NCBI GenBank assembly: GCA_017387565.1
Contig: JAFOEY010000034.1
Coordinates: forward strand, 16,607 to 80,606
Source of the DNA: Lachnospiraceae bacterium
GTDB taxonomy: Bacteria; Bacillota; Clostridia; Lachnospirales; Lachnospiraceae
DNA: 64,000 bases
Reading direction: 5' to 3'
This document shows positions 62,384 through 64,000 of the stretch, piece after piece. Within the stretch, counting starts at the first letter, position 1. The number at the start of each line of letters is the position of its first letter. A program made the position numbers and the translations under genes. The notes under the pieces were generated by a model that did not search any database, was not told where the DNA came from, and saw only the letters and a program-made list of their open reading frames with translations.

Positions 62384-63094
62384 CTACATCAAAACATCCT
62401 TGGCTTCTTTTTTCGTTTGTTTTGTATAAACCACCAGTTTGTTGGAGATATCACAGGTTGCTAAAAGCACATCTTCAATCTTATCTGCACCCTGTCCTTT
62501 CATCTGATTTTTAAGCCATGTCTCATTGTTGCCGGTATACTTGAGATTATCCCACATGATTTTTCCATCGATGATCACATTGGCCACCATAAAATCCTGG
62601 GCGGGAGATAAGTTAATATCAGAAGGGGTCAGAGGTCTGTCAGAAGCCTTTTCCAAAAAACTGATTTTGCCGTTTCCTTCGAGCACCGCAGTCTGTATCT
62701 TGCTTAAATCAAAATATCCGGATATCCTGCATTGCTCCAAAAATTCCGTAACATCTATTTTTGCCTTTTTTAAGTGATTTTTGTACAACTCTCCGTTGTG
62801 AAACAAAACAAGGGGTTTCCCTTCAATCAATCTACGTATTTTCATAGATTTGGAGCCCATCCAGGAAAAAGCCAGAGTTGCCAGTCCGTAGACAATCATT
62901 GCCGTCAGTGGCTGCATGAAATTTTTATCCAAAGCTGTTGCCATTTCTGCCGCAATTGAACCGATTGTGATACTGCTGATATAATCAAACATGCTCATTT
63001 GGGACATCTGCCTATATCCCATCATTTTTGCCAATATAAAAATGACCAAAAAAGATCCAAGTGACAGTGCAATAATATAAATGATTTCTTCCAT
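62384..63094 (-). CDS. DUF421/YetF family membrane protein
   Basis: RQMSQMSMFDYISSITIGSIAA, EGKP.VL...GEL, AVLEGNG.IS, NVIIDGKI. Confidence 0.9.
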   Translation of the reverse strand: MEEIIYIIALSLGSFLVIFILAKMMGYRQMSQMSMFDYISSITIGSIAAEMATALDKNFMQPLTAMIVYGLATLAFSWMGSKSMKIRRLIEGKPLVLFHNGELYKNHLKKAKIDVTEFLEQCRISGYFDLSKIQTAVLEGNGKISFLEKASDRPLTPSDINLSPAQDFMVANVIIDGKIMWDNLKYTGNNETWLKNQMKGQGADKIEDVLLATCDISNKLVVYTKQTKKEAKDVLM

Positions 63095-63171
63095 ATTTTT
63101 CCTGCTTTTCTTTACTTAATAATTTCATGATATCATTAGCATTACAAAAAACAGAAAAAATATACCTTATT

Positions 63172-64000
63172 TTATGATTCATCCAAGGATGTTTCATCAT
63201 AATGTTCCAGAAAATGATGCTTAATCCCATCCTGTTTATACGCTATCACTGTATTTAAATTCACATTCTCCACACTCCGGAAAATGTTTTTTTCAATAAA
63301 AGAACTTTTTTTACTCAGTTCTTTAATCAATGCTTTGATTTCGGCACGCTTGGAATGCTGCTCATCCGGTGCATCTTTAGCCGTCATCTCCGTAAAACGG
63401 CAGGCACACTGAATAAAATGTAGATCATTGTACACACACCAGTGAATAATATCTGCTTCCCGGATCAGATACATTGGCCGGATCAATTCCATCCCTTCAA
63501 AATTTGTACTGTGAAGTTTGGGCATCATCGTCTGAATCTGTCCGCCATACAGCATCCCCATCAGAATAGTCTCAATCACATCATCAAAATGGTGACCCAA
63601 TGCAATTTTGTTGCAACCGAGCTCTTTTGCTTTACTATATAAGTAACCGCGGCGCATGCGGGCACAAAGATAACAAGGGGAATCAATAATGTCCACCACG
63701 GTTTCAAAGATTTCCGTTTCAAAAATTGTAATCGGAACATTTAAAATCTGTGCATTATCACAAATTCTTTTCCGGTTTTCCGGATTATAACCGGGGTCCA
63801 TAACCAAAAACACGACTTCAAAATTCTTTTTTCCATGCCGTTCCAACTCCTGAAACAACTTTGCCAAAAGCATGGAATCTTTTCCGCCGGAAATACAGAC
63901 CGCAATCTTATCCCCATCCTGAATCAGCTCATATTCATTAATCGCCCTCGTAAACGGGCGCCAAATTTCTTTCCGAAACTTTTTTACGATACTACGTTCA
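63172..64000 (-). CDS. ttcA: tRNA 2-thiocytidine biosynthesis TtcA family protein (5' partial)
   Basis: Frame open to the window edge, CISGGKDS PP-loop, PCYLCARMRRG.LY, ALGHHFDD, LIRP. Confidence 0.85.
   Translation of the reverse strand, partial: ERSIVKKFRKEIWRPFTRAINEYELIQDGDKIAVCISGGKDSMLLAKLFQELERHGKKNFEVVFLVMDPGYNPENRKRICDNAQILNVPITIFETEIFETVVDIIDSPCYLCARMRRGYLYSKAKELGCNKIALGHHFDDVIETILMGMLYGGQIQTMMPKLHSTNFEGMELIRPMYLIREADIIHWCVYNDLHFIQCACRFTEMTAKDAPDEQHSKRAEIKALIKELSKKSSFIEKNIFRSVENVNLNTVIAYKQDGIKHHFLEHYDETSLDES

Overview
Chromosomal window from a low-GC Gram-positive anaerobe, most likely a Lachnospiraceae-type Clostridium (inferred from gene content and RBS/promoter style, not a database hit). 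Housekeeping genes include rpmE, rho, malic enzyme, rarA, metNIQ, htrA, clpB with a perfect CIRCE, coaX, ttcA (partial) and an F1Fo ATP synthase operon in which delta is fused to alpha. Interleaved accessory elements include: (i) a ~9.3 kb AT-rich operon joining a VTC-like polyphosphate-polymerase/DUF4956/CotH-kinase trio to an MBOAT + DHHW acetylation pair and a PilZ-bearing cellulose-synthase-like GT2, bracketed by GGGGAC..GTCCCC palindromes; (ii) an unannotated 28-aa type I toxin with an antisense RNA, whose promoter -35 is overlapped by a LexA-type box; (iii) an unannotated Met/Cys-rich 33-aa leader peptide plus terminator upstream of metNIQ; (iv) a ~510-nt uORF/terminator leader upstream of an Smr-less MutS2-like gene; (v) a cobalamin riboswitch controlling a DUF4430 lipoprotein and an ECF S component. 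Several families of intergenic palindromic repeats, a frameshifted GH31 and a lipoprotein gene with an in-frame TGA are also present. No rRNA, tRNA, CRISPR array or transposase was recognised. Family assignments come from motif recognition by eye and have not been confirmed by HMM searches.
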